The translations under genes and the position numbers were made by a program. 64,000 nt of DNA from an uncultured Bacillales bacterium (GTDB lineage Bacteria; Bacillota_I; Bacilli_A; Izemoplasmatales; Hujiaoplasmataceae), in the NCBI GenBank assembly GCA_942493185.1, contig OW818673.1, forward strand, positions 1,823,517 through 1,887,516, in the 5' to 3' direction. Positions 47,554-56,257 of the stretch are shown one piece after another. Under the pieces are notes generated by a model. That model did no database searches, was not told where the DNA came from, and was given only the letters and a program-made list of their open reading frames with translations. The stretch's first letter is position 1, and each line of letters starts with the position of its first letter.

Positions 47554-48486
47554 ATGTCTGATGTTTATGTAAAAAATGAAGTATCTTACAAAACAAAGAA
47601 AATTATCGGCAATATTCTCACGTATTCCTTCTTGGCAGCCGTTGCCATTGTTGTCCTAGTGCCTTTTTATTGGATGATTCTGACCTCTTTAAAAAGCACT
47701 ATTATGATTGAACAGATTCCACCGTTGTTATTCCTAAGACCCTCTGAATGGCGCTTAAGCAACTATACCAGCCTCTTCGAAATTGTGCAGGGTGGCGCCA
47801 GAGACGGTCAACCCGTCTTCCCATTCTTCACCTATTTGGGAAATACAGTCTTAGTATCAATCATCACCACGATTGGCACAACGATTACCACGATTTTAGC
47901 CGCTTACGCGTTTGCGCGTTTAAACTTTAAAGGACGCGACATCGTATTCGCCATTATTCTTGGCACGATGATGATTCCTGGCGAAATCTTTATCTTAACA
48001 AACTTTATTACTGTTAACCGTTTAGGGTTATATGATATCAACAACCAAACCTTCTCGGATGCTTTAATTGCGATGACCTTGCCCTTTATGACCAGCGTAT
48101 TTTATACGTTTTATCTCAGACAAACGTTTAAACAAATTCCGAACGAGCTTTACTACGCTGCAAAAGTGGATGGTACCAGTGATTTTAAATATTTGTTAAA
48201 AATCATGATTCCGGTTGCCAGTCCCACCATCATCACCATCATTATTCTTAACTCCATGGGTGCATGGAGCGCCTATATCTGGCCGGCGATGGTTACTGCA
48301 AAAGACTCATTCCGACTTGTTTCCAACGGATTGCGCGGAGCATTTACGGATGCCGGTACCGGAAGAACCAACTTTGGACAACAAATGGCTTCAGCGACGC
48401 TTGTCACGTTACCATTACTCATCATCTTCTTTGTATTCCGCAAACAAATTATGCGCGGTGTATCTAGAAGCGGTATTAAAGGCTAA
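47554..48486 (+). CDS. ABC importer permease (CUT1 family, MalG/UgpE-like)
   Basis: EAA loop YAAKVDGTSDFKYLLKIMIPV. ATG at 47554 with RBS gggggtg. Confidence 0.9.
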   Translation: MSDVYVKNEVSYKTKKIIGNILTYSFLAAVAIVVLVPFYWMILTSLKSTIMIEQIPPLLFLRPSEWRLSNYTSLFEIVQGGARDGQPVFPFFTYLGNTVLVSIITTIGTTITTILAAYAFARLNFKGRDIVFAIILGTMMIPGEIFILTNFITVNRLGLYDINNQTFSDALIAMTLPFMTSVFYTFYLRQTFKQIPNELYYAAKVDGTSDFKYLLKIMIPVASPTIITIIILNSMGAWSAYIWPAMVTAKDSFRLVSNGLRGAFTDAGTGRTNFGQQMASATLVTLPLLIIFFVFRKQIMRGVSRSGIKG

Positions 48487-48539
48487 ACCCACGAAAGTGG
48501 ATTAATATAATCTACAAAAATAATTAAAGGAGAAAATAC

Positions 48540-50216
48540 ATGAAGAAAATCGTTCTTGGTTTTGTAACATTATTCAGTTTCTTCGCTTTGTTTGGTTGCG
48601 TTGAATACGCCACGACAACCACAACCGAAGAAATCACAACGACCACCTCAGGAACTGCCACCACGACTAAACTCAAGATGGATATTCCTACCGATGAAGT
48701 CGAAATCAATTTCTGGCACATTTATGGTCAAGGCAAAACCGCTTTGCTAGACCAAATTATCGCCGAATTCGAAGCGATGTATCCAAACGTAACCATCACT
48801 TCCACTTCGCAAACCGATTATAATACCTTAAGAGAAAAAATTAATCTAGGTATTTCTGTTGGTCAAGTTCCCACGATGGCATTAGGTTATCCCGACCATT
48901 TTGCAGGGTATATCAGTGCTGGTGCCGCTTATGCGCTCAACAACCTCATCTATTCCAACATCTCTTATGAAATTACCGACCCAACATCCACCATTTACGG
49001 TGAGTTCGTTGATGTCGCCGCTGATCTATCCGACTATGTTCCTGCTTACTTAGCAGAAAACAATCAATACGTTGGTGGATTGTATTACTCGATGCCTTAT
49101 TCGAAATCGACTGAAACAATGGCTGTCAACCGTACGGTTTTAAAAGCCCATGTTGCTGAGATTAGAGCCATTGGAATTACCATTTCCGATGAAGGATTCC
49201 TTTCTCATACCACGCCACTCACTTTTACACAACTACAAGCATTAAACGCAATCTTGGTTAGCACTATGGTTGATGAAAATGATAAGCCGATTACGGATGT
49301 TACCAACAAGAAATGCGCTTATTTACTCAACTACGATTCATCCGGAAATATGTACATCAATATGAGCCGTCAATGGAATGCTGGTTACACCAATTCCCAA
49401 GGCGACATCCTTATTGATAACGGCACCACCAAATCGATGCTTAATTACATCGATGCAATGTTCAACAACAGAACTTTTGCATTACCGGTTGCCTTTGGAC
49501 AAACTTATGGTTCAACCAACTTCAAATATGGTGATGTTTGCATGACCGTCGGTTCAACCGCCGGTGTTGCATACAATATTCCAACATTAGCTGACCCACA
49601 AGATAGCTTAAAGTTTGGAACCTTCAATGTTGATTTCTTACAAGTACCACAAATGGCCGCTACCGAAGGCGCTAATGTAACGTTAAGCGTTGGTTCAACG
49701 GACTATGAAGTTGAATCTTCGTTATCCGCTGTTCAACAAGGACCAAACATTGGTATTTTCTCGAAAGCTTCTACCAACGAAAAACTCTTTGCTTGGTTAT
49801 TCATCAAGTATTTAACATCCACCAATAACACTGCACTATGGGCGATGAACACTGGATACCTCCCAGTTCGTACATCCGCTTATACCACCAATATCCAAAT
49901 TCCGTTAACCAGCACTTATAGTGTTACTTACACCGAATTCTTACAGATTGCGACGGATTTCTGGGCCGCTGATGGCGCCGTTACATGGGCAGAAACCGAT
50001 GAACGTTGGGATTATCTTTATTCCTCAATGGTTGCGAATATTGCTAAGAACCAAACCGAATACTATCAATACGACCCCGCTTTCGCCGCAGGATCATCCA
50101 GCGCCGGATCCGCAACGGTTCGTGTTGAAGCTGGTATTTGCCTTGAATACATTTATAACAAGACAAAAACTCCGTTAGAAGCACTAAACTTCTTCAAAAA
50201 CCAAGTAGATTGGTAA
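48540..50216 (+). CDS. Oversized family-1 extracellular solute-binding lipoprotein (substrate unknown)
   Basis: 558 aa. Lipobox LFGC plus a poly-Thr linker. The start INFWHIYGQGKTALLDQIIAEFEAMYPNV is typical of family-1 SBPs. It is about 100-130 aa longer than usual sugar SBPs. Confidence 0.85.
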   Translation: MKKIVLGFVTLFSFFALFGCVEYATTTTTEEITTTTSGTATTTKLKMDIPTDEVEINFWHIYGQGKTALLDQIIAEFEAMYPNVTITSTSQTDYNTLREKINLGISVGQVPTMALGYPDHFAGYISAGAAYALNNLIYSNISYEITDPTSTIYGEFVDVAADLSDYVPAYLAENNQYVGGLYYSMPYSKSTETMAVNRTVLKAHVAEIRAIGITISDEGFLSHTTPLTFTQLQALNAILVSTMVDENDKPITDVTNKKCAYLLNYDSSGNMYINMSRQWNAGYTNSQGDILIDNGTTKSMLNYIDAMFNNRTFALPVAFGQTYGSTNFKYGDVCMTVGSTAGVAYNIPTLADPQDSLKFGTFNVDFLQVPQMAATEGANVTLSVGSTDYEVESSLSAVQQGPNIGIFSKASTNEKLFAWLFIKYLTSTNNTALWAMNTGYLPVRTSAYTTNIQIPLTSTYSVTYTEFLQIATDFWAADGAVTWAETDERWDYLYSSMVANIAKNQTEYYQYDPAFAAGSSSAGSATVRVEAGICLEYIYNKTKTPLEALNFFKNQVDW

Positions 50217-50243
50217 AATATCTGACACAAAGGACTGAATGAA

Positions 50244-51713
50244 ATGTTTAAAAAATTAACTTTGATCATACTTGCCGTTTTCCTCACCGTGGGAATTACT
50301 GCTTGCAACAAGACAACGACGGCCACCACGACCACTACGGAAACGACAACAAGCGATTCACTGGTATCACTCCCTAATTTAAATGGAGCGAACCGCGAAA
50401 CGATTACTTCAACGCTTGAAGGCCTTGGACTGACGGTTAAATATTTCTTCGATGTGACAACCCCTTTTACAAGCGAAAGTCAGTATGACAAGTTTGTTAA
50501 ATACGGAACCGACCTCGTTGCCGGCTCACAAGTTCAAATCGGCACCGAAGTCCGTGTTTATACCACCCCGCTTAATCTTTCCATCCAATACTATCCCAAT
50601 CTTGATGCTTCCTTGCAATTAGAAGTAGCGGATTATCAAGGAAAAGAATTTATTGAAGATGGCATTGGCGTAGTAACAGTCAACCGTTACGTGGATGGCG
50701 ATACCACTCAGTTTACCAGTGGATCCGAATCATTCTCAGTTCGATATTTAGGAATTGATACCCCAGAATCAACCGCATTGTATGAGGCTTGGGGAAAAGC
50801 CGCAGCCATCTACACGGAAAACAAATTGAAAAATGCTGAAACCATCGTTCTTGAAGCCGAAGGCGAAAGACAAGATGGTAATGGCAGATATCTCGCTTGG
50901 GTTTGGTACCGCGAGACCGCTGAAAGCAAATTCATTCTTCTCAATTTGGAATTGGTGGAATTAGCCTATTCTAAAAACAAAGTTGCCATCGGTTCAAAAT
51001 TTACGACCGTTCTGACTTTGGCAGACTGGAATGCCTCTTTGACGAAAAGAAGAGTTTGGGGAGAATTAGACCCCGCCTTTGATTACAGCAAAGAAGGAAC
51101 CCAAATGAGTATTCAGCATTTGATGGAGCATTTCGATGATTATGTCGGCTTAAAAGTCGTCGTCACCGGAACCATCACGAGAATGATTGGCAACAACATC
51201 TTTTTGCAGGATGAAAATGGTTATGGTGTTTATATGTACGCCGGGTTTACCACCTCCGCCCAACTTCAGTTGGGGGTTAATGTAACCATCGGCGCTTTAA
51301 CACCCACCTATTACAGTGGAAGTCCACAATTATCCAATTTTAACAAGATTAATTTAACGGTCAATTCTTCAGACAACATTGTTACACCCTTAGTCGTAAC
51401 GTATAACGATTTCACATTTAGTCGGATTGGCACACTAGTGACCATCCAGAATCTCACGATTACCGGAGTGAATGGTGCGAAAACAAGCATTTATGTAAAA
51501 GATGCTTTAAATCAAACATTCACCGTCCGAATCGATGACTCAACCGGCTTAAACGCCGATACTTTAGGTCTTACCGTCGGTCAGATCATCAGTGTCACTG
51601 GACCGCTCAGCTATTATGACTACGATTATGATAGTTCTAATACCAATTATGTTTATGAGCCTTCCAATTTCCAATTGATGTTAACGTCCGCCGATGATTT
51701 AGTAATAGAGTAA
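50244..51713 (+). CDS. Lipoprotein nuclease: PASTA-like module, staphylococcal-nuclease (SNase) domain, tandem OB-like modules
   Basis: 489 aa. Lipobox ITAC plus poly-Thr. LPNLNGANRETITSTLEGLGL...GTEVRVYT looks PASTA-like. The SNase core is VDGDTTQF...VRYLGIDTPES...GERQDGNGRYLAWVW...LNLELVELAYS. The C-terminal part (LKVVVTGTITRMIGNNIFLQDENGYGVYMY...) resembles the OB modules of YhcR/ExeM-type nucleases. Confidence 0.85.
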   Translation: MFKKLTLIILAVFLTVGITACNKTTTATTTTTETTTSDSLVSLPNLNGANRETITSTLEGLGLTVKYFFDVTTPFTSESQYDKFVKYGTDLVAGSQVQIGTEVRVYTTPLNLSIQYYPNLDASLQLEVADYQGKEFIEDGIGVVTVNRYVDGDTTQFTSGSESFSVRYLGIDTPESTALYEAWGKAAAIYTENKLKNAETIVLEAEGERQDGNGRYLAWVWYRETAESKFILLNLELVELAYSKNKVAIGSKFTTVLTLADWNASLTKRRVWGELDPAFDYSKEGTQMSIQHLMEHFDDYVGLKVVVTGTITRMIGNNIFLQDENGYGVYMYAGFTTSAQLQLGVNVTIGALTPTYYSGSPQLSNFNKINLTVNSSDNIVTPLVVTYNDFTFSRIGTLVTIQNLTITGVNGAKTSIYVKDALNQTFTVRIDDSTGLNADTLGLTVGQIISVTGPLSYYDYDYDSSNTNYVYEPSNFQLMLTSADDLVIE

Positions 51714-51746
51714 TAAGATTCAAAAATATACTATAGGAGGAATCAT

Positions 51747-54700
51747 ATGAAATTGTCTTTCAAGAAACTAGCCTTACTTGGATTAGCCTTGACTGCTATG
51801 TTCGTGCTTGTCGGTTGTGTTGAAAACACCACAACAACGACAACCCAATCAACATCCAGTCAAACCTCAGCGACACTCTCTGACACTCAGAAAGTTCAAG
51901 CTGTTTTGGATGGCATCACACTCGGTGATGTAACAGCCGTGACTGCTAATTTAACATTACCGACCGCAAGCGTTAATGGCGTTGCCATCTCTTGGTCAAC
52001 AGAGGATGCCGATATCGTCTCAGCAACAGGCGAAATCACAATCCCAGACTATGTTACCGGAGATCAAAGTGTTACATTGACCCTAACCGCTACTTTAAAT
52101 GCGGTAACATTGACAAAGACTTTTGAAGTTACTGTCAAATCCGAAACGGCTCAAGTTTTCCTAAACAGAGTCGCAGCTAGCATCATCATCGATGGTAGCG
52201 ATTCGATTGTTGCCAACTTTAAATTACCGGGAACAGCACAAGGTGCAACCATCGTTTGGTCTTCAAGCAACCTTGATGTAGTAACAATTGGTGCCGTTGC
52301 TGATGGCGAAGGATTCTACACCGCTACAGTAGTACGTCCAAAAATGGAAGATGGTGGCGTTAACACATCCGTCACATTGACCGCTGCTTTAACGATTGGA
52401 TCGACAACAGTAGAAGCCACTAAATCAGTTCGTATTATTGCTGAACCATTGGCTACTGTTTATACGTCTTTCCAAACGTTACATGAAACAGCCTTATTGA
52501 ATGATTATGTCGACCTCACCGGAACAGTATACGCTAAATTTAAACTTGGCTACTTCATGGTTGATACCGTTGGCAAATACATCGCCATCTATACAACCGA
52601 AGCCAACGCTTCCGCAGTTGCCATTGGCGATTCCGTTCATGTTAAAGGTTTGTATAAGAACTATAACACCTTATTCCAAATCTCGAACTTAACAAAACAA
52701 GAAGTCTTATCTTCTGGCAACCCAGTGAATATTACCAAAATCGTTTTAGAAGATGCAAATGATCTTCTTGACGTTGATTCTTCAAACAAATTGATTCATG
52801 GTCAAGTTTATACCATTACCGTAACACCACAATTAAGAGGTACTTATAACAACGTTTATCTATTTGCAGGTGCAACTCAAGTTGCGACTGTATATTACAA
52901 TTCACTTGCTGCTTCGATTGATGCTTTAGAAGAAGTTGTAGGCAAAGTTGTAACAATCGATGTTGTATATTACACCTTCTATTCAGGATCTAGCGTTTTA
53001 ACGCCTGGCGTACCTGAAGTTTATATTACCTTTGACGGCCTTGCTGCTGATATCGAACTTGCTCCACTCGTTGGACAAGAAGCTTTGGATGCAGATGCTG
53101 CCAATATCGCATTAACAACTGCTGTTGTCGGCGGACAATCCTTCACTCTTCCAACAACCGGCGGATATGGCTCAGCCATCGCTTGGTCAGTTACAACCGG
53201 CGGAGCTTATGCTTCGATCGCTAGCGGAAAATTGACATTCGTTGATGTTACCGCTGTTCAAGAAGTAACAGTTACTGCTAGCTTGACTATTGATGGAGTG
53301 GTTGATCCTACGACCAGAGTCTTCACGTTTACTGTGACTCCAATTACAACTTCAACCATCGCTCAAGTATGGGGATTGGCAAAGAACGACATCGCCCAAG
53401 TTGAAGGCACTGTATACTTCTTTATCAATAACGGTTACTTCGTATTTGATGGCACTGGATTGTTATTCATCTACACGACAGCTCCAGCAGGTACTGCACT
53501 TGGCGACAAATTAGTCATTTTCGGTACAGTTGACATTTATAACGGTCAACATCAAATTAAATCAGCTGTTGTTAAATCGGTTACTTCAACCGGCAACGCT
53601 TATGCACAAACACCTGTAACTTATGTTCCCGGAACGACAGCATTGGTAAGTGGACAAACTTACGCTGTTACCGCAACCATTAAAGAACTTACCGAAGGTG
53701 GATACACGAACCTATTCTTATTTGATGGCGAAACCAAATTAGCTCAAATCTACTATCGTTCAACCATTAATGGCTCATATGCCGCTTTACAAGCTAATAA
53801 GGATAAAGAAGTTATCGTTAATGTTGTATTCTATTATGTAAGTAATGAAGTAGTGTTCTTTGTATATCAAGAAGGTGCTGCAGGTATCGTATTTACTCCT
53901 GAACAACAAGCTGCTATTAACGCAGAAAACGTTACTACAAAAACATCAGTCGTAAGTGCTGAAGTCGTTGCTCTTCCCGCTTTGGAAGGCGCATCGACCA
54001 TCGTTTGGGCCGTTAAAGACGCTAATCCAAACGCAACCATCCTCGATGGAAATGTCACATACGCTACTGTTGCATCCGCAACACAAGTAACTTTAGTCGC
54101 AACCATCACATTTGACATGGGTGAAGCTGCAGATATCGTAGATGTCAAAGAAATCGTTGTTACCATTTCGACATATGCTGAAAAAGTATTAGAAGACAAA
54201 ACAGCATTAACCGTCGCTTTGACAGCCAATGAATTTGATGTTATCACTTTACCAGTTGCTGGATTAAATGGTTCGGCAATCACATGGGCTTTAACAGCTA
54301 CAGATAACGCTACATTAGCAGCGAACGTATTAACACTTGAATATCTCGGTGTTGAATACTCTGTTACCGTTACTGCTACCCTCGCTTTCGCAGCTGCTCC
54401 AGAAGCAACTGAAACCAAAGAATTTGTTATCGTTGTTTCTCCAGTGACCATTATTACTGAATTTGGTCCTTATACAACTCAAACAGCTGGCGCTTGGACA
54501 ATTCCAAATGCCGTCGGCGTATATATTAAGGGTGTTGTAACTGGATTTAATGGAACAAACGGAATCTTTGTTCAAGACGCTAGTGGCGATGCATTGTATG
54601 TTTATACACCAGCCATTGTTAGTTTAGTTGCTATAGGCGACGAAGTTGTCGTTTATGGTAATCTGGTTGATTACAAAACATCCTATGCTATTGAATACAG

Positions 54701-56102
54701 ATTTAGAGAAATCGACACCGCTTCACTAAAAACAAAATTAACAACCGGCAACGCCGTTGTCGTTACCACATTGACGGTTGCCGAAATCGAAGCCATGAAT
54801 TTCTATGAAAACTTAGGTAAAGTTATGGAAGTTACTGGATTCGTCGTTTCATACGATGCTTCCAACATTTACTTCAATTGGAAATTGGTAGGCGATCCCG
54901 CTGTTCAATACACGATTTCCTTCTATGATTCCTTAGCACCATGGTTGAGATCAGTATATCCTGCAGGCTCTGTACTCCCAGCCGTCCAATTCACATTAAC
55001 GAACATTTCGTCGAGCTTCACGAAAGTTTATGGCGGTAACTTAGTTATCACTATGACTGATGAAAATGCCATCGTTGCTGATTCTAAAAAACTTCCAGCT
55101 TCCTTAGAATTAGTAGCTAGCTATGTATTACCAACCCCAACGTTTGGTACTGCATTTGCCATTACAGCAATCTCAGCTGAATTGACTGCTTATATTACAA
55201 ATCAAGGCGTTGTAACATTGCCAGAAACGACAGATGCTGTTGGAACCATCACCATCTCTGTAACAAAAGGCACAGCTACTCCTCTAGATGTTGTGGTTGC
55301 AGTCACAATTAAAGCCATGACAGATGCTCAAAAATTAGCTGATGTCCTTGCTGATCTTCCCGCTACATTAGCATTAGCTTACCATTACACCATCCCAACA
55401 CAATACAGCGCTGTTTTCAGCGGTCTTGTAGTTCCAACAGAGTTGACCGGACTAGTAGCATTATCTGCTGATGCATCAAAACTTGAAATCGTTCGTCCTG
55501 CAGGAACTGCTCCAGCAATTGGAACCGTCACATTAACCGTTACTGTTGGTACCGCAACACAAAACGTTGACATCGCCATGACTGTTATGGGACTTACCGA
55601 TTTGTTCTTCTCTGAATACATCGAAGGCGGAAGTAATAACAAGGCTTTCGAGATTTACAACGGAACTGGCGCATCAGTTGATTTGTCAGCTTACTCGGTA
55701 GAATTATATGCTAACGGTGTTAGTGTTCCAGGTACTACTGTTGTTTTAACAGGAACTTTAGTTGACGGCGACGTTTATATCATTTTCAACTCTGGTTCAG
55801 TAGCTGGTATAACCTCAATTGGTGACCTTGCAAGCACATTGACTTATTACAATGGCGATGACGCATTAGTATTAAAACACAACGGCGTAATTATCGATGT
55901 TATCGGCCAAGTAGGAACTGACCCAGGCACTTTATGGGGTACTGCTGGCGTAAATAGCACTCTTAATATGACGCTCGTAAGAAAATCTACCGTTCATGTT
56001 GGAGACGTAGTAGCATCCGATCCGTTCGATCCATCTGTTGAATGGGATGCATACCCACAAGATACATTTACTTATCTCGGCTCTCACACAGAAGCAGAGT
56101 AA
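51747..56102 (+). CDS. Giant surface lipoprotein: about 7 Ig-like repeats, 3 OB-like modules, C-terminal lamin-tail domain (LTD); no catalytic domain recognised
   Basis: 1451 aa. Lipobox LVGC plus a Thr/Ser linker. Repeated L-P-x-x-x-x-G-x-x-I-x-W-S ... V-T-L-T-A-T Ig-like units. OB-like modules at about aa 237-440, 535-715 and 905-1100. LTD from aa ~1283 (nt ~55593): LFFSEYIEGGSNNKAFEIYNGTGASVDLSAY...YYNGDDALVLKHNG. Confidence 0.85.
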   Translation: MKLSFKKLALLGLALTAMFVLVGCVENTTTTTTQSTSSQTSATLSDTQKVQAVLDGITLGDVTAVTANLTLPTASVNGVAISWSTEDADIVSATGEITIPDYVTGDQSVTLTLTATLNAVTLTKTFEVTVKSETAQVFLNRVAASIIIDGSDSIVANFKLPGTAQGATIVWSSSNLDVVTIGAVADGEGFYTATVVRPKMEDGGVNTSVTLTAALTIGSTTVEATKSVRIIAEPLATVYTSFQTLHETALLNDYVDLTGTVYAKFKLGYFMVDTVGKYIAIYTTEANASAVAIGDSVHVKGLYKNYNTLFQISNLTKQEVLSSGNPVNITKIVLEDANDLLDVDSSNKLIHGQVYTITVTPQLRGTYNNVYLFAGATQVATVYYNSLAASIDALEEVVGKVVTIDVVYYTFYSGSSVLTPGVPEVYITFDGLAADIELAPLVGQEALDADAANIALTTAVVGGQSFTLPTTGGYGSAIAWSVTTGGAYASIASGKLTFVDVTAVQEVTVTASLTIDGVVDPTTRVFTFTVTPITTSTIAQVWGLAKNDIAQVEGTVYFFINNGYFVFDGTGLLFIYTTAPAGTALGDKLVIFGTVDIYNGQHQIKSAVVKSVTSTGNAYAQTPVTYVPGTTALVSGQTYAVTATIKELTEGGYTNLFLFDGETKLAQIYYRSTINGSYAALQANKDKEVIVNVVFYYVSNEVVFFVYQEGAAGIVFTPEQQAAINAENVTTKTSVVSAEVVALPALEGASTIVWAVKDANPNATILDGNVTYATVASATQVTLVATITFDMGEAADIVDVKEIVVTISTYAEKVLEDKTALTVALTANEFDVITLPVAGLNGSAITWALTATDNATLAANVLTLEYLGVEYSVTVTATLAFAAAPEATETKEFVIVVSPVTIITEFGPYTTQTAGAWTIPNAVGVYIKGVVTGFNGTNGIFVQDASGDALYVYTPAIVSLVAIGDEVVVYGNLVDYKTSYAIEYRFREIDTASLKTKLTTGNAVVVTTLTVAEIEAMNFYENLGKVMEVTGFVVSYDASNIYFNWKLVGDPAVQYTISFYDSLAPWLRSVYPAGSVLPAVQFTLTNISSSFTKVYGGNLVITMTDENAIVADSKKLPASLELVASYVLPTPTFGTAFAITAISAELTAYITNQGVVTLPETTDAVGTITISVTKGTATPLDVVVAVTIKAMTDAQKLADVLADLPATLALAYHYTIPTQYSAVFSGLVVPTELTGLVALSADASKLEIVRPAGTAPAIGTVTLTVTVGTATQNVDIAMTVMGLTDLFFSEYIEGGSNNKAFEIYNGTGASVDLSAYSVELYANGVSVPGTTVVLTGTLVDGDVYIIFNSGSVAGITSIGDLASTLTYYNGDDALVLKHNGVIIDVIGQVGTDPGTLWGTAGVNSTLNMTLVRKSTVHVGDVVASDPFDPSVEWDAYPQDTFTYLGSHTEAE

Positions 56103-56138
56103 ACGTTAATTTATCACATATATTTACAGATTTGAATT

Positions 56139-56170
56139 AAGGCGCAGCTGTCTTGGCTGTGCCTTTTTCT
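56139..56170 (+). terminator. Rho-independent terminator after the 1451-aa gene
   Basis: Stem aaggcgcagc / gctgtgcctt (one G-U pair) followed by T5. Confidence 0.7.
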
Positions 56171-56206
56171 TAATTTGAGAAAATGCATCGAGAAATAGAC
56201 CTAAAA

Positions 56207-56215
56207 TGATATAAT
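56207..56215 (+). promoter_or_regulatory. Extended -10 (TGATATAAT) for the second LTD lipoprotein gene
   Basis: Exact 9-mer 43 nt upstream of the ATG at 56258. Confidence 0.5.
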
Positions 56216-56257
56216 TGAATTAATATCTATCAAGTCAATTATATGAGAGGTCTATGT

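Noticed and set aside
48600-48670. Short-period nucleotide repeats (acaacc/acgacc); a similar stretch occurs at about 56340-56480 and at 59400-59460
   Set aside because: These are poly-Thr/Ser codon runs inside lipoprotein linkers. They are not CRISPR repeats, tandem-repeat loci or phase-variation tracts, because the units are imperfect and remain in frame.
53867-54451. 194-aa minus-strand ORF inside the 1451-aa gene
   Set aside because: It is antisense to a Thr/Ala/Val-rich coding region, which is poor in stop codons on the opposite strand. It has no independent signals.
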